From the NCBI GenBank assembly GCA_020724845.1, contig DYGE01000003.1:1377-65376 (forward strand): a stretch of 64,000 nt of DNA, written 5' to 3'. The notes beneath the pieces were generated by a model that had not been told where the DNA came from, made no database searches, and saw only the letters and a program-made list of their open reading frames with translations. Below, one piece after another: positions 26,973 through 36,692 of this stretch. This DNA is from Candidatus Paceibacter sp. GTDB lineage: Bacteria > Patescibacteriota > Minisyncoccia > UBA6257 > 02-FULL-45-10c. How positions within the stretch are numbered: the stretch's first letter is position 1; every line of letters starts with the position of its first letter. The translations under genes were made by a program, and so were the position numbers.

Positions 26973-27129
26973 GGTGTTCCTGTTGTTTTTCCATGAATTT
27001 CTGATAGGCAGGTTTGTAAAGCTGGATCAGATTATTCGCATGCAAAGAAGCCTCGGCCTCGGACAATTCCACGCCGTATTTTTTTCGGTAAATCTCTTTG
27101 AATTCTTTGATGGCTTCTTTGGGTAACAT
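26944..27129 (-). CDS. Small hypothetical protein
   Basis: MLPKEAIKEFKEIYRKKYGVELSEAEA; overlaps the next gene in operon fashion. Confidence 0.65.
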   Translation of the reverse strand: MLPKEAIKEFKEIYRKKYGVELSEAEASLHANNLIQLYKPAYQKFMEKQQEHHEPDTNKNQ

Positions 27130-27509
27130 AAAAGCGGAGCTCCCGAAGGAGTCCCGCTTTTTGCCTCTGACCAACAGAACACGGCCCGTCTATTGGGAGA
27201 GGAAATCGAACCCCCAAGGGTTATTGGCCGTGTTTTGTATTGGTTTGTGAAAGAAGCCTTGGTCTTTATCTGCAACGAAAAAAGACCGCTGCTTCTCGCT
27301 CTCGGTTTCAAATCATGGGTCCGCCCGAAGACGGATAATCTGATCTCATCGAGAGCAGAAGCAGTGGTCCTTTGTGGTCCCAATATGTCAGGACGTCTTG
27401 ATCACTTCTTCTGCCGTACAAATCTTACATGCGACAGTCGTATATCGTACCTGTATTATATGCCGCACAGAAAACTGCGGCAAGACCCCCGCATTGTGGA
27501 AAAGCCACA

Positions 27510-27572
27510 CTGACAAAATCTGACAAGGACTGACGCAAAATTACGCTCTGACAGATTTGAACACTTCTGACA
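27510..27572. promoter_or_regulatory. CTGAC direct repeats upstream of the HTH gene
   Basis: CTGAC at 27510, 27520, 27530, 27548 and 27567, followed by TATAAT at about 27580. Confidence 0.6.
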
Positions 27573-27597
27573 TAAGCGCTATAATGAAATTAATCCT

Positions 27598-27789
27598 ATG
27601 AAAGACAGACTGCTCACAGTCAAGGAGGTTGCTGATTACCTACGTGTCAGCGAACGCTCTGTGCTTCGATATATAGAAGCAGGCAGACTTAATGCGTCCA
27701 AGGTCGGATGGTGGCGGATCAGGCAGTCTGATTTGGATGACTTTCTGAAAAGAACCAGTCGTCCGCAAAAAAGAAAACGCCATGGCTGA
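27598..27789 (+). CDS. Excisionase-like (HTH_17/MerR-type) DNA-binding protein
   Basis: LLTVKEVADYLRVS..V.RYI..G.L.A.K..WRI..DL. Confidence 0.88.
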   Translation: MKDRLLTVKEVADYLRVSERSVLRYIEAGRLNASKVGWWRIRQSDLDDFLKRTSRPQKRKRHG

Positions 27790-29422
27790 TGTAATGACAA
27801 CCGCACAGCGGTCTTACAATATGTCCCGTATCCGCTCGCAGGATACAAAACCCGAAATCCAGCTTCGGAATCTTCTGATTTCAAACGGAATCAGTGATTT
27901 TGAAATTACACCTAAACATATCCCAGGGCGTCCTGATTTTTATTTCTCAAACAGAAAAACAGCTGTGTTTGTAGACGGATGTTTCTGGCATGGTTGCAAA
28001 GACTGTTACCAGGCTCCAAAGACCAATGCGAAGTTCTGGAAGAAAAAGGTCAGCACAAACACTGCAAGAGACCAGGTAGTTAATCGGGAATTAAAGTCTC
28101 TTGGAGTAAAAGTAATCAGGGTTAAAGAACACAGCCTGAAATCTGCGCCTGACAAAACTATAAAGCACATTGAATCTAAACTATCACAGGATCAGCGACC
28201 GAAGGTTCTTGATCTTTTTGCTGGCGCTGGAGGATTATCGGAGGGTTTTATGAGGGCAGGTTGTGAAATGATAGGCCACATTGAGGTTGATAAAAATTCC
28301 TGCGAGACTTTGACAACGCGTATGATATATCACGCGCTTAAGGCAAGAGGAAAATACGAAGATTATAAAAAATATGTTTTGGGGAAACTGAGCAGAGAAG
28401 AACTAGTTGAGAAATACGGTCTGCAGAGAGATCGGAATTCGGTGATATGTGCTGAAATTGGAAAGGATAATTATAAAAAACTTATAAGAGAAATACGTGA
28501 ACGACTCAACGGTCAGCAACTGGATATCATTGTCGGCGGTCCTCCGTGCCAGGCTTACTCGTATATCGGGCGTGCCAGAGACGAAAACAGAATGCGGCGT
28601 GATTCGCGTAATTTTTTGTACAGATACTATGTTGAATTCCTGAAAGCCTTTCAGCCGAAGATTTTTGTATTTGAAAATGTCCCTGGACTGATAAGTGCTG
28701 GTAAAGGCAGGTATCTGAAAGACATGCGGCGCCTTATGAAAAAGGCTGGTTATGACACTGGATACAAAATTCTTAACGCATCTGATTTTGGTGTGCCACA
28801 GAGCAGAAAAAGAGTTCTGCTGGTGGGGTGGAATAAATACTCAAAGATGGAGGAATATCCCGATTTTCCAAAAGTAAAAAGGCAGTATAAGGTCAAAGAT
28901 TTCTTTGTTGGGCTTCCAAAGATTAATTCTGGCGAAGGAAAAACAATACAACGATTCTCAAAAAGAAGTGATCTGCTTGAAAAGCTCAGAATCATGAATC
29001 CAGAATTTGGCCTGCTGCTGGATCATCTGTCGCGTCCCAATACCAAACAGGACCTTGAGATTTATCGACTGGCCGTTACGGCAAAGAAAAAAGGTCAGAA
29101 CATAAAATATAATGAGCTGCCAAGGCGTTTGAAGACACACAGGAATGAAGACGGTTTTCTCGACCGATTTAAAGTTGTAGATGCCAGCGCAGAAGGGTCA
29201 CATACCATAGTTGCTCACATAGCCAAGGATGGTCACTTCTATATTCATCCTGATCTGAGACAAAACAGATCTATTTCTGTCAGAGAGGCGGCGAGATTAC
29301 AAACGTTTCCTGATGACTATAAATTTGAAGGTACCCGAGGTCCCCAATTTCGCCAGATTGGAAATGCTGTTCCACCTATGCTGTCAGAGGTGATCGCGAG
29401 GGAACTAATTAAATACCTGTAG
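27782..29422 (+). CDS. Vsr endonuclease fused to a DNA cytosine-5 methyltransferase
   Basis: N-terminus RS.NMSRIRS.DTKPE and FVDGCFWHGC; then DLFAGAGG, GGPPCQ, ENV, Q.R.R, REAARLQ, GNAVPP. Confidence 0.92.
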   Translation: MADVMTTAQRSYNMSRIRSQDTKPEIQLRNLLISNGISDFEITPKHIPGRPDFYFSNRKTAVFVDGCFWHGCKDCYQAPKTNAKFWKKKVSTNTARDQVVNRELKSLGVKVIRVKEHSLKSAPDKTIKHIESKLSQDQRPKVLDLFAGAGGLSEGFMRAGCEMIGHIEVDKNSCETLTTRMIYHALKARGKYEDYKKYVLGKLSREELVEKYGLQRDRNSVICAEIGKDNYKKLIREIRERLNGQQLDIIVGGPPCQAYSYIGRARDENRMRRDSRNFLYRYYVEFLKAFQPKIFVFENVPGLISAGKGRYLKDMRRLMKKAGYDTGYKILNASDFGVPQSRKRVLLVGWNKYSKMEEYPDFPKVKRQYKVKDFFVGLPKINSGEGKTIQRFSKRSDLLEKLRIMNPEFGLLLDHLSRPNTKQDLEIYRLAVTAKKKGQNIKYNELPRRLKTHRNEDGFLDRFKVVDASAEGSHTIVAHIAKDGHFYIHPDLRQNRSISVREAARLQTFPDDYKFEGTRGPQFRQIGNAVPPMLSEVIARELIKYL

Positions 29423-29426
29423 AATC

Positions 29427-30914
29427 ATGAAAGTATTAAAGACAAATCCAGGCGCCAAACGTTTGATGGAAAGCCTGCGCAATATGGGTTATGACTGCAG
29501 TACTGCTGTGGCTGATTTGGTTGACAACAGTATTGTTGCGCATGCTTCTGAGATTTACATCGATATAATTCCGAAGCAGGATGATCACCCTGCAGCAATT
29601 GTTATTGCCGACAATGGTAATGGAATGGACAGGAATGAGCTTCATGAGGCAATGCGTTTCGGCGCTTTTCAGGAATATTCCCCAGATGATCTGGGTAAAT
29701 ATGGTCTTGGTCTCAAGACTGCTTCCCTCAGCCAGTGTCGTACTCTGACCGTTTCGTCCAAAGGAAAAAGTATTCGTGGCAAAAGACCGAGGCGCCACTG
29801 TATGCGCTGGGATATTGACCATGTTTATAAAACCGACGACTGGAATCTTCTTGAGTTATCCGACGATGAGCTTCTTCCTTGGGAGCAGAAACTTATTGAG
29901 CATGATGTCGTTAAAGAAAACGGCACCGTAGTATTGTGGACTGATCTTAATGATGCCCTGCCCCTTCTTTCCTCTGAAAATGCCTTGGACCGTGAGAGGT
30001 TTCTTGCTCACCTCATCGATGAAATCAGTAGTCATTTACGAATGGTATTTCATCGGTTTATGCAGGGTGCTGTTACGGGAAGACGGAAACTGGATATTTA
30101 TGTTTGCGGAGAGCAGCTGATTCCGTGGGACCCCTTCTGTCGAAATGAATCAACCCGTGAGCTGGAAATTATCCGTATTCCTGTTATTTCAATGGAGCCT
30201 GACGGTTCAAAATTAAAAGAAACGGTTACTGTCAGTCCTTTTGTTTTGCCACGAGATGATGAATTTTCATCTCCAGCTGCCTGGAGAGAAGCTTCTGGAC
30301 CCAAAAACTGGAATCAGCAGCAGGGCTTTTATTTTTATCGCAATAACCGTCTGATGCAGGCAGGTGGCTGGAACCGTATAAGAACCTCGGATGAACACAC
30401 AAAGCTTCTCAGGGTGGCAGTAGATTTCCCTGGAGAACTTGACCGCGCTTTTTCGATAAATATCACAAAAATGCGGGCAAAGATTCCGTCTGAAATAAGA
30501 CAGGATATTAAGTCCCATGTAAGTGCATGGGTGAAAATAGCGAGAGCCCGCTATGACGGTCTGTCTTCGAGAGCCAGTAAGCAGCGCCAGAAGCAACAGA
30601 GGTCAAAGACCCCCGAAAAGGGCAAAGCGGTTCAGGAACAGGTGAAGAATTCAGTCACGATGGGCCGTATGATTTTTCACAGAAGCGAAAACGCACGGGA
30701 CATTGTGATTACTGAGGACCGAAAAAGAAAACTTATAAATATATCAGTTCCTGTTTATCACGAGCTGGCAGGCATTTTTACCAATGGTAACAAGTGGGAT
30801 CATCACAAGTTTTCGATGATCACCCTTAGTATTCTTGAGGCAGTAGCGGCAAAAAAGCTTCCATCCGACCGTATTCCAGTCAGCACGCTCAGGAAAATTT
30901 ATAAAGAGTTATGA
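29427..30914 (+). CDS. GHKL (MORC/MutL-like) ATPase
   Basis: DLVDNS, DNG.GM, LGKYGLGLKTAS, GT.V.W. Confidence 0.9.
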   Translation: MKVLKTNPGAKRLMESLRNMGYDCSTAVADLVDNSIVAHASEIYIDIIPKQDDHPAAIVIADNGNGMDRNELHEAMRFGAFQEYSPDDLGKYGLGLKTASLSQCRTLTVSSKGKSIRGKRPRRHCMRWDIDHVYKTDDWNLLELSDDELLPWEQKLIEHDVVKENGTVVLWTDLNDALPLLSSENALDRERFLAHLIDEISSHLRMVFHRFMQGAVTGRRKLDIYVCGEQLIPWDPFCRNESTRELEIIRIPVISMEPDGSKLKETVTVSPFVLPRDDEFSSPAAWREASGPKNWNQQQGFYFYRNNRLMQAGGWNRIRTSDEHTKLLRVAVDFPGELDRAFSINITKMRAKIPSEIRQDIKSHVSAWVKIARARYDGLSSRASKQRQKQQRSKTPEKGKAVQEQVKNSVTMGRMIFHRSENARDIVITEDRKRKLINISVPVYHELAGIFTNGNKWDHHKFSMITLSILEAVAAKKLPSDRIPVSTLRKIYKEL

Positions 30915-33424
30915 TTAAAACGCTTTCAGACGCAGTCACAATTGTTGAATTTCTGATTTCCCGTCAGGGGAAAACAGTCGAAGAAGCCGTAGAAGAGGCT
31001 TCTGTTCCAATGCATCTTCGGGAGCAGGTAATAAAATATTTTGCTCTGCCTCTTGAAATCACGCCGCCCGATCTCCTCGTAAGCACTGAAAAGATTCCCC
31101 GTTGTGATCCAGACCCCGATTCTGTCCAGCAGTATTTCGGAGCTTTCCAGAGATTTCTTATCGATGAACGACACTGGCCAAAGTCAACCATTGATACCCT
31201 TGCAGATACCTCTCTCGACCTTGTCAGGCGGTTCCCCAAACCAGATGCGGTACAGTATTTTCAGGGGCGCGGCCTTGTAGTCGGGCACATACAAAGCGGC
31301 AAAACCGCCAACATGGCCGCACTGATAGCCCGTGCGGCTGATGAAGGGTATAAGCTCTTTATTGTTTTGGGAGGGTTCTGGAAAGATTTGCGGGCCCAGA
31401 CACAGAGAAGGCTGGATCAGGAAGTTGTCGGCGGTTCTGACAACGATGCAGATGGTCCATATGTTCAGCATGATTCTGAAATACCCCGATGGGTAAGACT
31501 TACCCGTTCTGGTCTTGAGGGTGACTTCAGGCCAGGTCCAAATGATCTGAACCCGCAGACACCAAAACTTGCTGTCATTAAGAAAAACAAAAGAATAGAA
31601 ACTCTGGTGAACTGGCTGAAAAAATCTCCCGTATCACTGGGTGAATTACCTGCAATTGTTATTGATGATGAGGCAGATCAGGGGTCTATAGATACAAATT
31701 ACGGACGTTACGATGATGACGGCGAGCAGATTGATCCATCTGCTACCAACAGGCGCATCCGAGAACTTCTTGGTATTCTTCCGAAATGTGTCTATGTCGG
31801 TTTTACTGCAACCCCCTTTGCCAACGTACTTATTGATGCCTCAACAGAGGAAGATTTGTATCCACGAGACTTTATCGCCACCCTCCCAGAGCCGCCAGGT
31901 TATTTCGGCCCGAGGAAGCTTTTTGGATTGGGGCTTGATCCTTCTGATCTTTCTCCTGTGCCTGCTCAAAGACCTCCGCTTGACCTGATTCGGCACATCA
32001 ACGAAGAAGATCTTGATGAAATTGATAAAGTAATCAATGAAGGCGGGTCTTGCCCTAGGATTCTTTCAGACGCACTTCTGTCTTTTGTGCTCGCAAGCTG
32101 CGCTCGTCTTGCACGGGGACATAACCGTGACCGTGATCATTCCAGTATGCTGGTCCATACATCTCACAGAACCGAGCCACACCGAATATTTGCTGACACG
32201 ATAAACCAGGAATTGCAGCTCATAAAGAATGCAGCTGCCCGACCCAAGTCCTTCCCCGAACTTATGGCCCGTGCCCGTGAGATATGGAATTCAGATTTTC
32301 GCAGAGTTACCGCAGAGCAGGATGACCCCGAACTTCAGGAGTACGATTTTGAAACAGTCTGGAAGTTTGCCAAGACACTGACAGAGTCGATTGAGGTTAA
32401 GGTACTTAACAGCACTTCGGACGATGAGCTGGACTATACTGGGCACGCAAAAAGATATGTGGTTGTGGGCGGAAACCGCCTTTCCCGCGGGCTTACCCTG
32501 GAGGGACTGTGCGTAAGCTTATTCACCAGAGATACAAATCAGTACGATACCCTTCTGCAGATGGGAAGATGGTTCGGCTATCGACCTCAATATCATGATC
32601 TGACAAGAATATATGTGGAATCACAGCTTGCTGAACGTTTTGCAGAGCTTGCCCGTGTTGAAGAAGAAATGAGGGCAGACCTGTCCAAGTATTCACAGCA
32701 GCCAGACCCCCCGACGCCCCTCCAGCTTAAACCTGTTATCCGCAGTCACCCGACAATGATGGTGACTTCCCGTATGAAAATGGGTGCTGGGAGGCCTCTC
32801 TATATTTCTTTTCAGAATACTTTGCAGCAGACAGTTGCTTTTCCGATGGAAAACAAATCACTGCTGCAAAACAATCTTGAGGCGGCAAAAACGTTTATCT
32901 CTGGACTTCCTGATAATCTCCAGAGTGCTTCTGATGAAGGTACGCATATATGGACCGATGTCCCGTCAGAAAAGATTCTGGAATTTCTTCAGGCTTATGA
33001 ATTCAGCCGTGAGGCTCGGGATGTTAACCGCCAGAATCTGGTCAGTTATATTTCCCGACAGAATAACAGGGGCGAGCTTGTATTATGGGACGTGGTTATC
33101 CCGCGCGGAAATCCTAAGCTGGAACCTTTCAAATGGACGAAAAATATACTGACACGCAAAATTACACGTGTGCCGATGACAAGTAAATCTATCAGGGTTT
33201 TGTCGAGCCCTGCTGATATCAGGAACTGGCAACAAGTAGCATACCGCGACCTTAAAGATCCCAAACGGGGATGCCTGATGCTTTATTTGATTGACAGAAA
33301 ATCTGATCTGGGGAGCGATGTAAAGTTTTTTCCGAATACTTCCGATGCCGAAGATATTCTTGGTCTCGTTCTTGCTTTCCCCGAATCAAAATCTAATGAA
33401 ACGATTGAATATGTCTCACAATGA
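30911..33424 (+). CDS. Z1-domain SF2 helicase-like restriction component
   Basis: GHIQSGKT, IDDEADQ, TATPFAN, LSRGLTLEGL, QMGRWFGYR. Confidence 0.9.
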   Translation: MIKTLSDAVTIVEFLISRQGKTVEEAVEEASVPMHLREQVIKYFALPLEITPPDLLVSTEKIPRCDPDPDSVQQYFGAFQRFLIDERHWPKSTIDTLADTSLDLVRRFPKPDAVQYFQGRGLVVGHIQSGKTANMAALIARAADEGYKLFIVLGGFWKDLRAQTQRRLDQEVVGGSDNDADGPYVQHDSEIPRWVRLTRSGLEGDFRPGPNDLNPQTPKLAVIKKNKRIETLVNWLKKSPVSLGELPAIVIDDEADQGSIDTNYGRYDDDGEQIDPSATNRRIRELLGILPKCVYVGFTATPFANVLIDASTEEDLYPRDFIATLPEPPGYFGPRKLFGLGLDPSDLSPVPAQRPPLDLIRHINEEDLDEIDKVINEGGSCPRILSDALLSFVLASCARLARGHNRDRDHSSMLVHTSHRTEPHRIFADTINQELQLIKNAAARPKSFPELMARAREIWNSDFRRVTAEQDDPELQEYDFETVWKFAKTLTESIEVKVLNSTSDDELDYTGHAKRYVVVGGNRLSRGLTLEGLCVSLFTRDTNQYDTLLQMGRWFGYRPQYHDLTRIYVESQLAERFAELARVEEEMRADLSKYSQQPDPPTPLQLKPVIRSHPTMMVTSRMKMGAGRPLYISFQNTLQQTVAFPMENKSLLQNNLEAAKTFISGLPDNLQSASDEGTHIWTDVPSEKILEFLQAYEFSREARDVNRQNLVSYISRQNNRGELVLWDVVIPRGNPKLEPFKWTKNILTRKITRVPMTSKSIRVLSSPADIRNWQQVAYRDLKDPKRGCLMLYLIDRKSDLGSDVKFFPNTSDAEDILGLVLAFPESKSNETIEYVSQ

Positions 33425-34451
33425 AATTACATTCGGAGGTATCCTGCAGCCGCTGGTTGATCGCCTGACCCGTACTCCGCAAAAAAGAGGCAAACTTTCG
33501 GGTCAGGAGGTCGTCATCCCGAGAAAGGATGTGGGAGTAATTATCGCTGTTGATGATGAGAATAATATTCACCTTCTTGTTTCTCCAGCGCCTTCAGACC
33601 TGGATCATCTTTCAAAACTTGATCTGAAAGGATTAAAAATTGATGTCAAAGACTGGGCAGTTGCCGAAAAACCAGCTCAAAGCTATCTTGATATTTTCTG
33701 TACAACAGGCTCACTTCCTTCGTTCAGGCGCCCATTCCTTCGTTTTGCTGAGGATGTACTGTATGAAGTTTCTAAGTCACAAACACAACCTTCTGATGCA
33801 GTATACAAAACCTGTATAAGATGGAGAAAATTCTGGAGCCCTGATGTTAAAACAGAAATAACAAGAGAGTGGATTCAGGGTATGTTTGGAGAGCTTAGCT
33901 TTCTTTCCAGTCTGATAGAACGGTTCGGGTCTGGTGTTGTGGGCAGCTGGAGCGGGCCTGTCGGTGCAGATCATGATTTCCAGTCGGGAACAAAGCTGGC
34001 AGTTGAGGTAAAAACATCCACCGAAACACCTTTTCGTATTATCTGCAATATTCATCAGCTGGATGATTCTTTGTTCAAAACACTTTTTATAGCCTGTTAT
34101 CGCATTACTGCAACAGAAAAAGGACGGACTCTGTCAGAACTTGTAAGAGAAATCGAACAGCTTATGGGTGATGACGAGACTGCCTTGGATGTATTTTATG
34201 AACGCCTCATGGCGGGAGGTTATACCCGCCAGCTTGAGTCCGCTTACGATAATTTCAGGCTGGAGACTGATGATGTTGTTATGTTCCGTGTAGATAATAA
34301 CTTTCCGAAGCTTACCGAGAAAAGTTTTGTACGTCCGCCTGATCATCGTATCAGCAGCATAAGATATATTCTCGAACTTGCAGGCCTGAAAGAGCTTTCC
34401 TTTAATGATGTGTCAGGTGAGTTAAACATATTTGCTAATGAAGAAAAATAA
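33411..34451 (+). CDS. PD-(D/E)XK motif protein (DUF4420-like)
   Basis: G.FGEL..L, W.GP...HDF, EVKT, FP.L. Confidence 0.85.
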   Translation: MSHNEITFGGILQPLVDRLTRTPQKRGKLSGQEVVIPRKDVGVIIAVDDENNIHLLVSPAPSDLDHLSKLDLKGLKIDVKDWAVAEKPAQSYLDIFCTTGSLPSFRRPFLRFAEDVLYEVSKSQTQPSDAVYKTCIRWRKFWSPDVKTEITREWIQGMFGELSFLSSLIERFGSGVVGSWSGPVGADHDFQSGTKLAVEVKTSTETPFRIICNIHQLDDSLFKTLFIACYRITATEKGRTLSELVREIEQLMGDDETALDVFYERLMAGGYTRQLESAYDNFRLETDDVVMFRVDNNFPKLTEKSFVRPPDHRISSIRYILELAGLKELSFNDVSGELNIFANEEK

Positions 34452-35214
34452 TCAGCTCGCTCTTATTGTTGCCTATTTTCTGTCACGGTGTGACAGGGAT
34501 GCTTATACCCGTCTCGGATACAGTTCCTTTACAGAGGCAACAAAAGAGGTCGGAAAAATCCTCGGTGTTAAGCAGGCTACAGTTCAGAACATGCGTGATG
34601 AATTTGATCCATATCATGACAATCCACGTGTCGGCTGGCAACGGGAATTGGCTGGCAGTCGTCTGAAAGTGATGGAGGCATTTCAGAATACTGACGATGA
34701 AACTATGCTGGAGATAGTTAAAGAAATCCTCTTTAACAGCAATTTCCAGGAGACTGATGAATTTCATGATATAAGTGTTGTCTTTTCGGATAAAAAGCAA
34801 AATCGTCACAAAAGAGAATCCGTGTTTATATTAAGAGGTCCTACTGGGAAAAAGGCAGAGAACTTTTTTATAGCTAATTTTGAAAAAAGCAGGAATCCTG
34901 TTGACGGCACCTTAACAGACAGACGCGAAGACGGATGCGGTTATGATTTTGAAATAAAAAATTCTGTAGGCCTGCATTTTATTGAGGTTAAAGGGCTGGC
35001 ATCTGAAAGCGGTGGAGTACTGTTTACAAACAAAGAATGGAAAACTGCGCTCATGCACGGCGACAGATATTATCTTGTACTGGTTCATAATATTGCTGCT
35101 CAACCATCCCTGAAAATTATTAGAAATCCAGCTGCAAAGCTTAAAGCCAAGAAGAATATTTACACCACGGTACAGGTAAGCTGGTCTATATCATCTTTAA
35201 TCTTGGAATCCTGA
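34438..35214 (+). CDS. DUF3883-like nuclease with N-terminal RDEFDP domain
   Basis: G..AE, GYDF, IEVKG, T.KEW, YYL.LV. Confidence 0.8.
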   Translation: MKKNNQLALIVAYFLSRCDRDAYTRLGYSSFTEATKEVGKILGVKQATVQNMRDEFDPYHDNPRVGWQRELAGSRLKVMEAFQNTDDETMLEIVKEILFNSNFQETDEFHDISVVFSDKKQNRHKRESVFILRGPTGKKAENFFIANFEKSRNPVDGTLTDRREDGCGYDFEIKNSVGLHFIEVKGLASESGGVLFTNKEWKTALMHGDRYYLVLVHNIAAQPSLKIIRNPAAKLKAKKNIYTTVQVSWSISSLILES

Positions 35215-35231
35215 AACAGGGACTGATAATT

Positions 35232-35525
35232 ATGCTTAAACGATACATTCAATATCTCAAAGACAACCCGCAAGGGTACTTGTTCAAGCGGAAGCTCTAC
35301 GGTTGGGGCTGGGTGCCTGTGAGGTGGCAGGGCTGGCTTGTGGTGACCATAGGAGTCGCTATTGTTTCTCTTGGTTACTGGATCGGAGAGACCGATGATG
35401 CGCCTGGCATGATACTTCTCGGTCTTGCGCTTGGGGTTGGATTTATATTCGTCTTCGGCTACTGGAAGGGAGAAAAACCGCGCTGGCAGTGGGGCTTACC
35501 GAAAAAATATGATGAAAAGAAATAA
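35232..35525 (+). CDS. Small 2-TM membrane protein
   Basis: FKRKLYGWGW.P..WQGW..KGEKPRWQWG. Confidence 0.75.
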   Translation: MLKRYIQYLKDNPQGYLFKRKLYGWGWVPVRWQGWLVVTIGVAIVSLGYWIGETDDAPGMILLGLALGVGFIFVFGYWKGEKPRWQWGLPKKYDEKK

Positions 35526-35814
35526 TATAAAACAATTTATTGTAAGCGCATTTGTCTTGTATTTCTCCTTTGGTTTTATCTTTGCCGTATATGCATATTC
35601 TCACGACTTGCGGACATTCAGATGTGTTGATCCGACCGCGCCGCACGGATACATTGGCATGGGTAGCGGTAGTTTTCAGAACCCCGATCCTGAACGTTGT
35701 ACCCGACGAGGATTTGAATTGCGGTCTATCGCAACTATTCCGTTCTTTACTGTCGCTGGTCCTGTGATTCTTGCGGGACGTTACACTCATGCGCTGTTTT
35801 ATCAATCTGATTAA
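35509..35814 (+). CDS. Small membrane protein
   Basis: Two hydrophobic segments; operon context. Confidence 0.55.
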   Translation: MMKRNNIKQFIVSAFVLYFSFGFIFAVYAYSHDLRTFRCVDPTAPHGYIGMGSGSFQNPDPERCTRRGFELRSIATIPFFTVAGPVILAGRYTHALFYQSD

Positions 35815-35831
35815 ACGCAGTAAGATAAAAA

Positions 35832-36677
35832 ATGATGACAAAATATTACAAAACATTTATTTGGATTTTCATGGGGGTTATAGCTCTTGTTTGGGCAACC
35901 TCAATTATCATTCGGTCCCAAGAATCTCAAGAAAGCATACCGCCAGAAATTGTCGCTGATTTCCAAGAAGAGCTTATTGACCGCGCTTTGGCACGCGGGC
36001 CTATGCCTATAGAGGGATTCGAGGCCGCTATGCTTTTGGATATATTTCCTGGCCTTGAAGAAAGTGATTTTGATGGAGTACAGACAGGAATAATGGAAGA
36101 AGAGGGTGTGTATTTTTACATTGACGGCAAGCTTCAGTGGGAGAGAGCAAGCTATCAATCAATAACGTCTGGTGAGAAAACCGTATCAAGTGAAGGATAC
36201 GGGATACTTCTAGGGAATCTCGCACAAAGACTCGGCATGCCCGCTTCAAGCGCGGAAGAAGCGGTGGCAATTGTTGACGAAGTTGATATTCCGTCCGACA
36301 TTACCGACCATATCATTTCAAAGCGTGATCTGATTCGCGTGTATACCCCACGCCCACTTTCTGTTATTACCTCACCACTCACCGTCTGGGGTGAGGCGCG
36401 CGGCTCCTGGTATTTTGAAGCCGACTTTCAGCTTACCCTTGTTGATTGGGACGGCAGAATTATCGCCGAAAGTTACGCCAGCGCGCGTCTTGACCCCAAT
36501 GACCCAGAATCAACCTGGATGACCGAGGAATTCGTGCCGTTTGAAGGAACAATTGAGTTTGAGCTTTCAGAAGAGAATCGTGTGTACAACAGGGGTACGC
36601 TCATATTCCAGAAAGCTAATCCGTCAGGGTTGCCCGAAGAAGCCAACACTTTAGAAATCCCCGTTTTATTTGAATAA
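35832..36677 (+). CDS. Membrane-anchored protein with Gmad2-type Ig-like domain
   Basis: SPL.V.GEARG.WYFEA.F, WMTE.FVPF, NPSGLPE. Confidence 0.75.
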   Translation: MMTKYYKTFIWIFMGVIALVWATSIIIRSQESQESIPPEIVADFQEELIDRALARGPMPIEGFEAAMLLDIFPGLEESDFDGVQTGIMEEEGVYFYIDGKLQWERASYQSITSGEKTVSSEGYGILLGNLAQRLGMPASSAEEAVAIVDEVDIPSDITDHIISKRDLIRVYTPRPLSVITSPLTVWGEARGSWYFEADFQLTLVDWDGRIIAESYASARLDPNDPESTWMTEEFVPFEGTIEFELSEENRVYNRGTLIFQKANPSGLPEEANTLEIPVLFE

Positions 36678-36692
36678 TCACGGGTTCATACT

